The notes under the pieces are model-generated. The model saw only the letters and a list, made by a program, of their open reading frames with translations, searched no databases and was not told the origin of the DNA. This document shows positions 1-13,487 of a DNA stretch of 64,000 bases, one piece after another (within the stretch, counting starts at the first letter, position 1; each line of letters begins with the position of its first letter). The position numbers and the translations under genes are program-made. The DNA is from Amoebidium appalachense (taxonomy: Eukaryota > Protista > Ichthyosporea): positions 18,524,783-18,588,782 of the forward strand of contig CAVNZM010000001.1 in NCBI GenBank assembly GCA_963693365.1. Reading direction: 5' to 3'.

Positions 1-527
1 AAGTGATGCGTTCAGTCTAGCGCAATCAGGCTACGGATCCACCACCCAGGCGCTAGCCCTGATTGGCTACTACCACAATGAGGATGATTACACCGTGTGG
101 TCGGACATATGCGCTCTCATGGGCAAGGTCCGGTCTGTATGGTACACCGAGGATCAGGTGCGTTTGATGCCTCTGTAGGTAGTGTTATGGTGTTTGTTTT
201 ATGGTTACAGTTGGTGTATTTGTTTTTTTGGCTGGACGCTCAGTTTCCCCCATGATTTAGGGAGAGAGAAGGGGGAGTGGGGCCGAAGGGGGAGAGGGGG
301 GGGGGGGGGGGGGGGAGCGTTTTTGGCTGGACGTACAGTTTCCCCCATGATTTAGAGAGAGAGAAGGGGGAGTGGGGCCGAAGGGGAGGGGGGGGGGGGA
401 GCGAAAGGTGGGGAAGATGTGTGCATTCGTTGGCAAAGGACACTCAACGAATGCGGTTGCTTAATCCAGTTGTGTTATACAACTACCACTTGTTGCTTAT
501 ACATTGCATAGAATGCCCCTTCGACTC

Positions 528-593
<66 letters not shown>

Positions 594-944
594 TGATTTA
601 GTTTACAGGGTAGATGCATTTAGTGGTGGCCAGGCAATGCAAAAGCTTACCATGTCTGATTGCTACACTGGACTTGGTATATAGACCTCTTGTGTGACGG
701 ATGCGAATCGATCCCTTCCCCCCCTCCCGCTCCATCCTCTCCTATCCCGGGGGTTTCCTCTCTGTCCACTGTGTCCGCTTTGGTCTTCCATTAAAATAGC
801 CATCCTGTTCCTTCGTTTTTCTTTTGTTTCGGTGTATTGACTCGACTGACTTTCTCCCTCCTCGTCCGTCTTGCCCGCCGTCCCGTCACTGTCCCCCCTT
901 TCTCCCCCCCCCCCCCCCCCCCCCCCCCCCCGCCCTCCCCCAAC

Positions 945-1011
<67 letters not shown>

Positions 1012-1069
1012 ACCCATCCCCCACACTCCACGTCTACCACACTCACACACACATATACACACACGAGCG

Positions 1070-1109
<40 letters not shown>

Positions 1110-1423
1110 ACACGCTTGAGCGCATGCGTGCCCTTCAGCGGCGGTTGATGCGGCCCATCACGCGCAGTCTTGGCTGGTCTGTGCGGGACAGTGACAGCCA
1201 TCTGACACACATGCTGAGGGCACTGGTGATCTCCGGGTCAGGCGCAGTGCATGTATGTAGGCCCTGTGTGTGTTATGCATATACACATATGCGTGCACGG
1301 ACAGGCAGATGCATACACACACATATACACGGATAGAGAGATTCATGTGCACAAGCATGCACGGGCAGGAAGATGCATAATCACAGATGTACACGGACGG
1401 GCGGACGGGCGGACGGGCGGACA

Positions 1424-1474
<51 letters not shown>

Positions 1475-1973
1475 GCAGGCAGATGCGCACACACACAGCA
1501 CTCACCTCAATACACCCACAAAAAGAGCACACACCCATTATAAACACCTGCTGTCTTTCGTCTAATGGCACTGCTTCGTGGCAACACCCCCTGAACGATT
1601 ACTTTCTTTCCATCACTTCGAATCAACCCCATTCTGCAATGCGCACTCACCTACTCCTACGTCATATGTGGCTCCATTTCAATCATTGACAGATGGCAAT
1701 ATGGGCCCCCACTTTTTCTTCGTCCATGTACATGAATGCAGTAATTCGTCCAGCCACGCATCCACTCCCACATATGCACGTTCTCAGCTGTTGTCATGAC
1801 ACAGGACCCTGAGATTATCGAGGAGGCAAAGAGAAAGTACAAGCAGTTCATGTCCGGTACGTAGCAACAAACCTGCATGATTGTTGTCCCTTCTTTTTTC
1901 TTTTCTTTTTCCATCATATCGTTGTTATGTCTGAATTTTTGCTTCGAACTGTGTACCGCATTTTAGACTCTCG

Positions 1974-2016
<43 letters not shown>

Positions 2017-2753
2017 TCCCTCCCCCATCTATCTGGGGCACATGTGCGTAGACACACACACATAAGAGACAAAATACATTCCGTATCTCTCCTCGTCCTA
2101 CGGCTTTATCGGCACCTGTGGTTACCTGTTTACGTGTGGCATTCCCATGTGTGGATGTGGATGTTGGTGTTGGTGATCCTATTATGTTCTTACTTTTGAC
2201 ATTTTTTTCTTCTTTATTCGTATTCGTGGTGGTTGCTATATGCAGGCTTGGATAACCCACTGCATCCCTTCATTCTTTGATGGCCCCAACTTCCGTAGCC
2301 CATATTTACACCTGAGGTGTTCGCATATGTCTCATACCACCCCTTCTCGTGCGTGGTCTGATGTAGAAGTGGGTGGAAGGGGGGGGGGGGAATGTGTGAC
2401 GAGGTTGAAGTGAGAGGTATCGTGTCAAGTAATCGTGTAGATTTCTGACCCTTCCTCCCCTCCCCCCTTCCCCCCTCCCCCCCCCCCCCCTCCTCCCCCT
2501 TCTCCTCCTCCTCCTCCCGGAAAAACATCAACACAAAAAAAAAAAAAAAAAAAAAAAAAAGGTGACCACCAGCACGGGCTGCATCCTGATCTGCGTGCGC
2601 CCGTGTTCAACATTGCCCTCATGAACTGCGAGACAAACGAGGTCTTTGATGAGCTCGTAGCCCTGTATCTCGAGACAGAGGTGAGGGGCACACACGTGCA
2701 CACATACAAGCACATGCATGTACACGTAAGCACGCATGCACACGCATCTACAC

Positions 2754-2802
<49 letters not shown>

Positions 2803-2833
2803 GCACACACACACTCGCACTCGCACTCGCACT

Positions 2834-2884
<51 letters not shown>

Positions 2885-2891
2885 TTGCACT

Positions 2892-2927
<36 letters not shown>

Positions 2928-3189
2928 CACACACACGCCCGCACATACACACACGTGCAGGAACGTGTACACACATATGCACGCACTCAGTGCCTGTGCA
3001 CCGAGGTGCAAAGTTAAACCACAAAGGCGGGTTATAGAAGTTTTTCAGGCATTTGTACGTGGGTTGGGGCATAGGTAGATAATGAAATGAGCAGAAATTG
3101 GCCGTTTTTCTGCTCTGGGTTGGTGTCTCCATCACTGGGTGAGGGCACGCACAAGGAGCCTAGTTCTCACCCAAGCCTCCGTCGTCCCC

Positions 3190-3220
<31 letters not shown>

Positions 3221-3405
3221 AAAAAAAAAAAAAAAGAAAGAAAGAAAAACAAAACACCACCCACCACAATTTCTCCCTTCCTCGTCATCACCTTCACCAC
3301 CACCACAACTCGCCACTCCCCTCCCCCCCCCCCCCCCCCTCCCCTTCCTCCCTCTCTCCCCCACGCACCTTCTTGTGTCCCTTTAGTCTCCCACGCACAC
3401 ACATA

Positions 3406-3441
<36 letters not shown>

Positions 3442-3557
3442 GGCGGAGGACCTGAAGACCATTGTGCTGAGGGTGTTGGGGTCGGGGCCTTCCCGTGAGC
3501 TGGTCATCAAGGCCCTGGACTTTGCCCTCTCGGAGCAGGTGTGTGCGTGTGCGTGTG

Positions 3558-3609
<52 letters not shown>

Positions 3610-4951
3610 CGCACGCGCGTATGTGCATGCGTGTGAGGAAGGGGGTAGGGAAGGGGGGGGAGGGGGGGGGGAGGAATGTGGGGGATATGGGTGTCTGCTA
3701 ATTGGCGGGAGTTTTTAATTTTCTATTTTTTTTTTTGGTGGGGGGGGGGGGGGGGGGGGGGGGGGGTTTCGCCTGCATGTGTACATGCAATATTGCCCGA
3801 GTGTGCGTTTGTGTCTTTTCTTCTATGTGAGTGTAGACGTGCGTTGTCACAGACAGGCAAGCACGTGCACGACCGTAATGCGTGTGCGTTTTTGGTTATA
3901 CTTGTGTTATATTTGTAGCATGTGCTCTCATAACATGAAAATAATGCATATTTTGTAGCTGAGGTGATAGTGACGTATGTTGTATCAGGTTCGCAACCAA
4001 GATGTGTCTATGGTGCTTCTGAGCTGTGCCCAAAACCCAAAGGGCAGGGATGCCACCTGGGAGTACTTCATGGTATGTAGCAACAACCCCCCCCCCCCCC
4101 CCCCCCTCCCGCACCCTCCCCCCCACACACACACAGCCCTCCCCACTCCTTCATGCTCTTGAATTCCTTCCATGAATCCCTTTCTCAATCTCCTTATCTC
4201 ACCGTCGTTCGCTCTCTCTCTATCTTACTCTCTCCCCCTCTCCCTCTCTCTCTCTCTCGCTCGCTCTCTCTCTCTCTCTAGCTCTCTCTCTCTCTCTCTC
4301 TCTCTCTCCCCCCCCCCCCCCCCCCCCCCCCCCCGCCCTTTCCCCCTCTCTGCCTCCCTCTGGATCTCTCACACACCTTGTCATCGGCCACCCTTGTTAG
4401 ATCAACAAGAAACCTCATCACGTGCCCGTTAGTCTAGAACCAACAACCCCCACCCACCCCCCTTCCCCCACCCCACACGCTACACACACTCGCATACACT
4501 ATGGCATACACACAACCAGGCTACTCTCCTAAAATATCGAACACCCGTCGTTGTCTCTAAAAACTCAGCAGCACATGTATACCCCGTGAAACGTTTGTAA
4601 CGAATGTTTGTTTGGTTTCTGAAGTCCTCTGACAAAGCATCAAAACCAAACAACCGGCAGGTCACATCTTTGCAATCGACCAACAACACCAAATTGACAT
4701 GTTTTTTTTTCCCCCTAATACACAACGATTCCTGTTCTTTCTTAATCCATTTACATATCCACAAGTTCCCGTCCCTTCTTAACCCATTCATGCCCGTTCA
4801 CAACATTAACCCATTATCCACCATTAGGAGCACTACCAGGTGTTCTACGACAAGTTTGCATCGGGCAATCTTCTGATGGCCCGCATCATCTCTTATGCGG
4901 CAGACAGTCTCGCGACAGAAGAGCGGGCCCGCGAGGTACGACACCCTCGCC

Positions 4952-4993
<42 letters not shown>

Positions 4994-6028
4994 CCGCCCC
5001 TCCCCTCATCCCCTCGCACACACACACACACATGCACATGCACATGCACAAAGACACCTTCCTCCCCCCCCCCCCCCCCCCCCCACCCCCCCCACCCTCT
5101 CCCCCAAACCCCCCAACCCCTTCCATCCCTCCCGTGTCTCCTTTGCCCTCTATGATCCCATGTGGTTCACACAGACCCCAAATGTTGGTTGCATGTATTG
5201 AGCTTCTCAAAAATATATGCAAAGGCCTCATGTGGTAATGACTCTCACAGAGGCCCTCCAGTTGGTTTTGTTTGTTTGTTTGTTTGTTTGTTTTGTTTTG
5301 TTTGTTTGCTTTCAATTATTCTTTCTCTAAGAGCCCGCACCGTACATCCCGGTCTAACCCCCCCCCCTCTCCCCCCAGGTTGAGGAGTTCTTTGCCAAGC
5401 ACCCACTCCGCACGGTGGAGCGCACAATTCATCAGGTTGCCGAGACTATCCGCGCAAATGTAACCACAACCCCCCCCCCCCCCCCCCCCCTCTCCTTTTC
5501 TCTCTTGCTTACCTGCTTGTCCTTTTCACTCTCAACACAGACTCTCACCACAAATCATACCACCACACTATCACACCACCATTTCAACCCATCCAACTAC
5601 ACAAACACAAGCGCATCTGCACACTCCATTCCCCCCCCCCCCCCCCCCCCCCCCCAACAACAACAACCACAACAAAAAAAAAAATCGGAGTACCTTTTCT
5701 TTAGGTTATCAAGCAAATACCCCCCTCCCCCCTCCCCCAACTCAAAAAGCCCCCCCCCCCCCCCCCCCCCCCCCATCCCCCCCAGCCCTCGCCCTGTCGA
5801 AACAAAGGACACAGTATGATAGGAGGAAGATGAATCCACGAATAACCCCCATGAACAGCGTGCATCTGACGTTACCTTGCGCGTACACAGAATTGGGATG
5901 ACCCTCCCTTAATTAATGCCGTTATCTATTTTTTTTTTTTTGGGGGGGGGGGGATGCAGGCGGCTTGGAGGGAACGCGATCGTGCAGTGGTTGCAGCGTG
6001 GTTGAAGGCCAACGTCGAGCTGCACTAG
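1..6028 (+). CDS. M1 family (puromycin-sensitive-like) aminopeptidase, C-terminal ERAP1_C region; 5'-partial, 9 exons in window
   Basis: Exons 1-157, 1109-1252, 1805-1856, 2562-2680, 3443-3538, 3989-4072, 4828-4935, 5379-5459, 5960-6028 all have GT/AG boundaries and join in frame: [35 protein letters not shown]...[10 protein letters not shown]...VRNQD...GRDATWEYF...[34 protein letters not shown]...LH* (TAG 6026-6028). This is the typical PSA/Ape2-type C-terminus. Confidence 0.93.
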
Positions 6029-7983
6029 TTGCCTAACATGGAAGTGCCCCTATTTTTAGAACCAGGTATATAGGCATGCAAGGATGAATACCACTGTGGC
6101 TGGGAACTAGATTTGTCTACCTTAGGGGTATGTACGCTAGGCAGTGTTCATGGTTATGTAGGTTTATTAGGCTAGGCTGTTCAGAACTGAAGGATGGTGG
6201 GTGCATCACATAGGCTTGATACTCATAGCATACATTGAGCGACTATATTGTTAAAGGAAGAAGTACATGTTGGTTCTATTCAATGCTTGTATGTTCATGC
6301 ATCCTAGCTAGGGGTCTCACCACGGCGCACATTGTGTTGGTTTCGTTGAATCTTCGCGTGATTTGCTTTCAATCCTCAAATCATCATGCTATCTCATTAG
6401 TCAATAGTAGGTACTGGATAATTCCAGGCCCTTCTTACGTTAGTGTCATATTTTGCGTTTCTCTCTGCAGACCTGATTATCTTGGTGTTTAATCACATGC
6501 TCTTACACTTCGTCGATTGGTCGGCTTGCAAGGCCACATGAAGGGCTGCAGACATGCTGCGATATTTTTTAATGGACAGGTCTCATGAGGACAAAATAAA
6601 GTGAACATGATTTGATGGTGGCCAAGTTATTGATTGAACCAACATGTACATGTAAGTTGAAAAACAACCTAACAGATTTTTAAATTTGCCTATCACCGGA
6701 TTCAACCCACAATTAAATTATCTGGGAGGTGGTGGCACTGCCTGCAGGTGGCACGGTTGTGCGCGCGGGCGCGCGCGTGACTGTGTGTGTGTCACACTGT
6801 GCATGTCATGATGGCGTGTGAATATTTGATTTGGGAGGAGTGGGAGGGGGGGGGGGGGGGGGGGGGTTCTACATTTAAGCCTGCGGGGGGGGGGGGGGTT
6901 GCACATTGACCTGCGCGGAGGGGGGGGGGGGGGGGTTGCGCACCTGGCAGTGTCCACATGTGAGCCTGCCTACAGCCGCAGTGCATATCATTATAGCTAG
7001 CTAATATTAGTGTATTTTTAAATTTTCGTCATGACATATGTATGTTTGTGCGTTTGTGCGCCTCCCCCTTCCCCTCCCCCCCTCCCCACCCCCCTCCCCC
7101 CCCCCCCCTCCCCCTCCTCCTCCTCCTCCTCCTCCGCGGGGCGGCCCTGGGAGGGCCGGAGCCCCGAGTCCCGGGACGCTTGCCAAAAACCTGGATCCGC
7201 TTATATGGAAGTCACTGCCACGGTCAAAATGTGGCACCTAAGTATATGTATTACGACCCGCCAGGACACATATGCCATGGTGTGGGTTTCAGGTGCCTTC
7301 AACAAGCCAAAGAGAACTATTCACCCGACGTTGAGGTGCATGCAGGAGGCACGAGTCAATATGGATATTAAATGTCGTCACAAGCCATAATGGTAAGGGG
7401 ATTATAATAGGTTAACGCGTACGTCCCTGAGCCTTTTGTTTAAAGTTTCGATTTCCGCGGTTGCGGCAGCAAGGCCTGATCCGTCTCACACTTATCCGCC
7501 ACATTCCAAATCCCATTCCAATGGGCCGTCTTTCCTTTTTGCTCCGGCATGGGCACGGGGGGAGGCTGAGCAAGCAACCACGTGTACACTACAGCCGGCT
7601 GTACGACGCTTGCCCAGGCTGTCTACACTAGGCTTGCACAACTCAGTGCTGGCAGGCTTAGAGGGAGTTTGTTAGCAAGTATGAACGGCTACCGCGGCAA
7701 CTTGGCAGCATATAACAAGTACTCAACCTACTGTTACATGACCTTCCCACACCACATACAGCGGCCTTCTGTTTCACTACACGGTTCACTTGGAATAATA
7801 TGCACACTTTCTGTGTTGTTTCCACTTGCATTCCAGTTATCTAAATGGTGCAGCATATAGCATACATACCAACACTAGGTGTTTTAGTCATAAGTTAGCT
7901 ATGAAGCTGAACCCTGCCTCCCCCGGAGGGCTACACCACATAGGCCCACATATATATATACACTGTATAACCGCACCGTATAA

Positions 7984-9245
7984 ATGGCATTACCCGATAA
8001 TGTTGAAAAGATGACCGCAACAAGAGACAGGCAAACCACAAGTTTGCCGCCTTCGCCCACGGCGGTAACAACAGCGGGGAAAGCATTATCTCCGTCCGTG
8101 GTCTCCCTCCCATCCGCAACGAGCACACAGGCGGTATCTGGTGCAGTCGTGGCTTGCCTTTTTCGGATTCATACTCTTTTTCGGTACTCTGGAGGGGGTG
8201 ATTTTTGCCATGTGCTGGAATGTAACTTCATCATCACGGCCACTTGTCACCCGTGTACTACTATACGAACGTGACCACGCAGTTGGAGGAGGTGTCTGTG
8301 GAACTCGCACGGGAAAACATCACACTGCCAAGGAAGTTGACTTTGTACGGCAACGCACTGAAATTGAGCCAGCAGTTTCACAATGTGTCGGTAGATGCGT
8401 ACCATGACGGGGATCAGATTTTCCGTCTGACCCTAATTCCCACATTGGTGGAGTTCGTTGTGTTTGCTTTCATCGCCGCCGCCATGTTTAACAACAGACA
8501 CAAAAAGGTGGTCATGTCCCGTGGGTACTCTTATCTCATCGACTACTTCTCCGCTGGTATATCCCTGCAAATCTGCTGCGCTTTCATTGTGGCGGTACCG
8601 TCGCTGAAATTTTCTACCATTCCGCTAAAAATCACGCTCGAAAATGCGGAGCAGGCGCAGGCGGCAGCTGCAAAATTGAAAACCGACATGACAAACGTAT
8701 GCATGTTTGCGCTTACAGCCATGATCATGTTTTGCGGTGCTATACTACAACGGCAACTCGTCATCAAAAAGATTTTCGACGAACGAAAGATAAAGCGGAA
8801 GCTGGACCTGCGATACATGAAGTATTTCTGGGTGCACGTAGTGATTGCCATGGTGATAAATGTTCTCTTTTTGTTATGGCAGTTTGTGTTTGACTTTGAC
8901 CAAAACCACCGCTTTTGGCCTATTAAATCACTTTGGATACCCGTGGCTGGTTATTTTGCTGTGGGTGTGTGGGCCACCCTTACCACACAACATGATTTTG
9001 TTCTGTTTAGCGACTACCAATCGAACATGCGATGTTTTACCTTTTTAGAACTGTCTGTTGCGATTATGATTGTGCTGCACAACATTAATTCTACCACGGT
9101 AATCACTTCTCTTTTTGGGTGGGCCATGATGCTAAGAATAGGCCTTACCGTTACCGCGTGTGATATGCTTGCGTGCTTGTATATCATAGAGAAGGAAAAT
9201 ATTCAATTTAAGCCAAAGCTATCCAAAACTGGCACACGGAGATAA
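7984..9245 (+). CDS. Uncharacterised multi-pass (~7 TM) membrane protein; 5' structure uncertain
   Basis: Open frame 8244-9245 has no repeats and about 7 hydrophobic segments. An upstream ATG at 7984 follows an AT-alternating TATA-like tract (~7948-7960). It can be joined in frame by a phase-0 intron 8134-8282 (GTATCT...CACGCAG; ~370 aa), or alternatively by two +1 frameshifts at ~8140-8245. Confidence 0.55.
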
Positions 9246-9990
9246 GCTCTTGGATAGACACCAGTGCTAAGGCAACTGTGGTGCGGTGGGAGAGGTAACG
9301 GAGTCGCAAGCGAAAAAATAGTCGATATGTGCTTCAACTTGATAGTGCAATAATTTTTTGAAGTGCTCCAAGAAACTGAAGTATATTTTCCTACTTTTTG
9401 TATAGTTTTGTATTGCACAGGAGGGAGATAGTCAATATATGCTTTAATTTGAAAAGCCTTTGGAAAAATTTCAATTGCTCAACGAAAACGTTGTTTTGAG
9501 CACAGGGGCCAAAATAGTCAAAATACATGCTGTAACTTACTGTGATACTGCATGTTAAAATTTTTAATCGTTTGGCACATGCGAATTCGCAGGTGGAAGT
9601 GTAGACTAAGTCAACATTTGCTTTTAACTTTAATACGACATTAGAATAAATTGGTTAAAAATAAAAATAAAAAAAACTGCTTAGTGCGACCAAAGCCGCT
9701 GTGTAGCATGAACAGTGTCTCATAAAATCGCTGTGGGGTTTATGATCGTTGCAGATTTCATTTCTCCTTTTCATATTCCTGTTTCTCTCATAATCATAAT
9801 AAAGAAATCCACCCGTTGATACCCAGTAACACCATCTCGTTTGAAAAACCCAAAGAAACCACAATAGCAGATCAGGAAGTGCGTGTGCAAATGCACAAAC
9901 GCAAAAAGACCGGCTCATGTGCAGGTTTGTAAATATTGAATGCACATGTACATTACCAAGTCTGCGCCTCCCCCCCCCCCCCCTTCTCCC

Positions 9991-10021
<31 letters not shown>

Positions 10022-10270
10022 AAAAAAAAGAAAAAGAAAAGAAAAGAAAAAAAAGAAAAGAAAAAAAAAAGCGGGGGGGGGGGGGGGGGGGAGGGGGGGG
10101 GGGAGGGCGTTCCGATACACTGGGGGGGGGGGGGGGGGGAGGGGGGGGGGGCAGGGATGGAGGGTAGGGAGGGCAATCCGGCGTTTCTTGTGTATGTGAT
10201 TCAGATTCACGTGTGGTGCAGTTCCTTGTGCACCTTAAATTTGGTTGCATTCCTGTTTGTTGGTTTGTTG

Positions 10271-10306
<36 letters not shown>

Positions 10307-10310
10307 TGTG

Positions 10311-10342
<32 letters not shown>

Positions 10343-10576
10343 TCCGTGCCTGTGTGCCTGCGTGCGTGCCTGCGTGCGTGCGTGTGTGCATGCGTGCGTG
10401 TGGGTGGGTGGGTGGGCCCGGTGGGTGGGCCTGTGTGTGTGCTCGATGGCGTTCGTGGCAGCCCGGGTGTTTCTGTTTATGACAGATATAACCCTCCACC
10501 TGCTCCCCGCTCCCCCCCCCCCTCCCTCCCCCCCCCCCCCCCCCCCCCTTCTTGCCGCGCGCACGCGCACACACCG

Positions 10577-10665
<89 letters not shown>

Positions 10666-10670
10666 CGAAG

Positions 10671-10878
10671 GATGTCTACAACGACACACGCACAGTGCAT
10701 TAGGGTGCCGGTTGCCGGTGCCGTGAGCGTTGCGGGAATGGAAAAGTACGTGCAGGAACACCACCTGCACGGTGCACGCATTGTGTGCGTCACTTCGGGC
10801 GCAAACTTCTGCCTTGAAAATTTGGGGCTTGTTGTGGAGCAGATGAGTGGCGCAGCCCCTGTTGCTGCAGGTCGGTAA
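10671..10878 (+). pseudogene. ilvA: Orphan, disrupted exon of threonine dehydratase (PALP fold, end of catalytic domain)
   Basis: After (CA)n-AACGAAG acceptor: DVYNDTRTV, then stop/frameshift, then AGAVSVAGMEKYVQEHHLHGARIVCVTSGANF. This matches the IlvA/Ilv1 pattern D.F.DTR...EPAGA...AG..KY...V...SGAN. No upstream exons found between 6028 and 10670. Confidence 0.75.
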
Positions 10879-11613
10879 TAATAAAAGGAAATCCAAAAAA
10901 AAATCCCGAAGTTTCTTGTATTCAGTGGCCTTCATAATTAGTTTTGAGCTTCCCAATGCTCAGGTAGGCTTGCCAGTCTGATCCCATCCTCTTTCTTCTT
11001 CCTCGTAGTTCCTATTTTTAAAAGTAGTAGCAAATATGGTTTGCCATACCACTGTGTGGAACTTGCCAACATTTTTTTTGCCCATGATTGTGTTTTTGCC
11101 TAATTCACATGCAGTCTATCAAAAATACCGTTGAAACGTCATGTGAGTATACGTTCAGTTCAGAACCATTATTGTATAATGGTTATACTGTATCATAAAG
11201 AACTGATCATCGGACTTACCTTTGACTTTAAAACAAAAACTATAAATAAACTTTTCTTTTTTTAAAAAAAAACACCATTGGGGTTTCTTAACATCGACAG
11301 GTTGGAAAAAAAAAAAAACTTTACGAGGCTCGATCAGGAACTGTTGAGGATCACTGAGGCCTTCTTTTGTGCATCTTGAAGGTTCTGAACTGAACGTATT
11401 AATATTGGTGTAGAACAGCGTTTCTTTTGGACCATCCCCCCCCCCCCCCCCCCCCCCCCCCTCCCTCCCCCCACCCACCCACCCACCCACTCTTTTTTCT
11501 TTCTTTCTTTCTTTCTTTCTTAAAGTTTCTTTCATTCTTTCTTTCTTTTTTTTTAACGATCCTCAGTTTCTCGCTGAAGTCGGCTCAGAAGATCTAAAGC
11601 AAAACAAAAACAA

Positions 11614-11732
<119 letters not shown>

Positions 11733-11876
11733 CCCCCTCCCTCCCTCCCTCCCTCCCTCCCTAGATCTCTCTCTCTCTCTCTCACACAGAGCTCCCTCTC
11801 TCTCTCTCACACACACACACAGAGCTCCCTCTGTCTCTCTCACACACACACACAGAGCTCCCTCTCTCTCTCTCTC

Positions 11877-12415
11877 AGGGCCCAACCACATCGGCTGAGT
11901 CAACTTGCTCCGACCAGAATCATTTTGCAAAAAGCAGAATTATTCTGTAAAAAGCAGAACTATTCTGCTAAAAGCAGATTTATTCAGCAAAAGCAGAATT
12001 ATCCTGCAAAAGCAGAATTCTTCAGCAAAAGCAGAATTATTCTGCAAAAGCAGAATCAATCTGCTAAAAGCAGAATTTTTTTGCAAAAGCAGAATCAATG
12101 TGCTAAAAGCAGAATTATGCTGCAAAAAGCAGAATTATTCCGTTAAAAGCAGAATTAATGCGCTAAAAGCAGAATTGTTCTGCTGTCGAAAGCAGATTAA
12201 TTCTGCTTTTTGTGGATTAATTCTGCTACAAGCAGAATAATTCTGCTTAAAGCAGAATGATTCTGCTAAAAGCAGAATGATTCTGCTTTTGCGGAATAAT
12301 TGTGCTAAAAGCAGAGTGATTCTGCTTTTGCACTAATTCTGCTTTTGCAGAACAATTCCATTTTTGCAGGATAATTCTGCTTTTTGCAAGTTGACTCTGC
12401 TGATGTGGTTGGGCC

Positions 12416-12417
<2 letters not shown>
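11877..12417. mobile_element. Non-autonomous foldback/MITE-like element, copy 1
   Basis: 32-bp terminal inverted repeats (AGGGCCCAACCACATCGGCTGAGTCAACTTGC ... GCAAGTTGACTCTGCTGATGTGGTTGGGCCCT, 2 mismatches) enclose an array of ~19-20-bp AAAAGCAGAATTATTCTGC units that switches polarity internally. Inserted in a (TC)n tract. Confidence 0.85.
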
Positions 12418-12461
<44 letters not shown>

Positions 12462-12509
12462 CCCCCCCCCCCCCCCCTCTCTCTCTCCCTCCCCCCTCCT
12501 CCTCCCCCC

Positions 12510-12553
<44 letters not shown>

Positions 12554-12589
12554 CCCCCCCCGGGCTGCCCCTGCCTCACCCCCCAACCC

Positions 12590-12712
12590 AGGGACCAACC
12601 ACATCGGCTGATCATGATCATGAGTTATGATCAACTTGCTCCGAGCAGAATTGTTCTGCTAAAAGCAGAATTATTCAGCACAAACAGAATTATTTTGCAA
12701 AAGCAGAACTTC
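12590..12712. mobile_element. Truncated left end of the same foldback/MITE family
   Basis: AGGGACCAACCACATCGGCTGA..TCAACTTGCTCCGAGCAGAATTGTTCTGCTAAAAGCAGAATT... with a small insertion in the TIR; no right end. Confidence 0.75.
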
Positions 12713-12785
12713 AACAAATCTAAAAGAGAGACAGCCTCGGAGACCTCCCGAGAGAAGAGAGAATGACAGGTTGATCTACAGAGAC

Positions 12786-12878
<93 letters not shown>

Positions 12879-13450
12879 AGGGAGGGAGAGAGAGAGAGAG
12901 AGAGAGACAGAGACAGAGAGAGAGAGGGGGGGAGAGGGGGGGAGGGGGGGGAGAAGGGGGTGATACATTCCTCTCTGTAAAGGAGGGAATGAGGGATGGA
13001 GGGATTCGGAGAGAAAGAATCTTATAATGAGAGAAAGAGGGAGATAGCCTCTGTCAGTAAGAGGGGGGTGTGTACCCCGAGGGGGAAGGGTGGGGGGGTA
13101 CGTAGAGAGAGAGAGAGAGGCCACGGTGGCCACGACAGTCTGTACGTGACGCTAGCCTCGGAAAGAGCCGCATGAGGGAGCCTGACAATGTCAATGAGGT
13201 GCACACGCACGTGCACAATCCCCCCGGGCCTCCCCCTGCCAGCGCCGCCCTTCAGTGGGCCATGGCATCGATTTAACACCTGACTGACTGGGTGTTACCG
13301 TCACGGGTCCGTAAGGGACAGTCCCGGGATGCCACGAATAGAAGACAACGAGTGGAAAAAGGTGGGTGGTCTTGGGGCCCCCGTTGTTTATGTCTTGTCT
13401 GTGTGTTTGTGTATGTTTCTCACTTTCTTTTGCGTTTTTCCGTGCGGCGG

Positions 13451-13487
<37 letters not shown>

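Noticed and set aside
9100-9200. Microbial rhodopsin reading of the 7-TM ORF (last helix CDMLAC vs DxxxK)
   Set aside because: No Schiff-base lysine and no convincing RYxDW/RWxEY helix-C motif.
11905-12400. ORFs with KQNYS/KSRII/KAEL repeats, and possible CRISPR array
   Set aside because: Translation of the palindromic MITE array. The units are contiguous with no unique spacers, and there are no cas genes.
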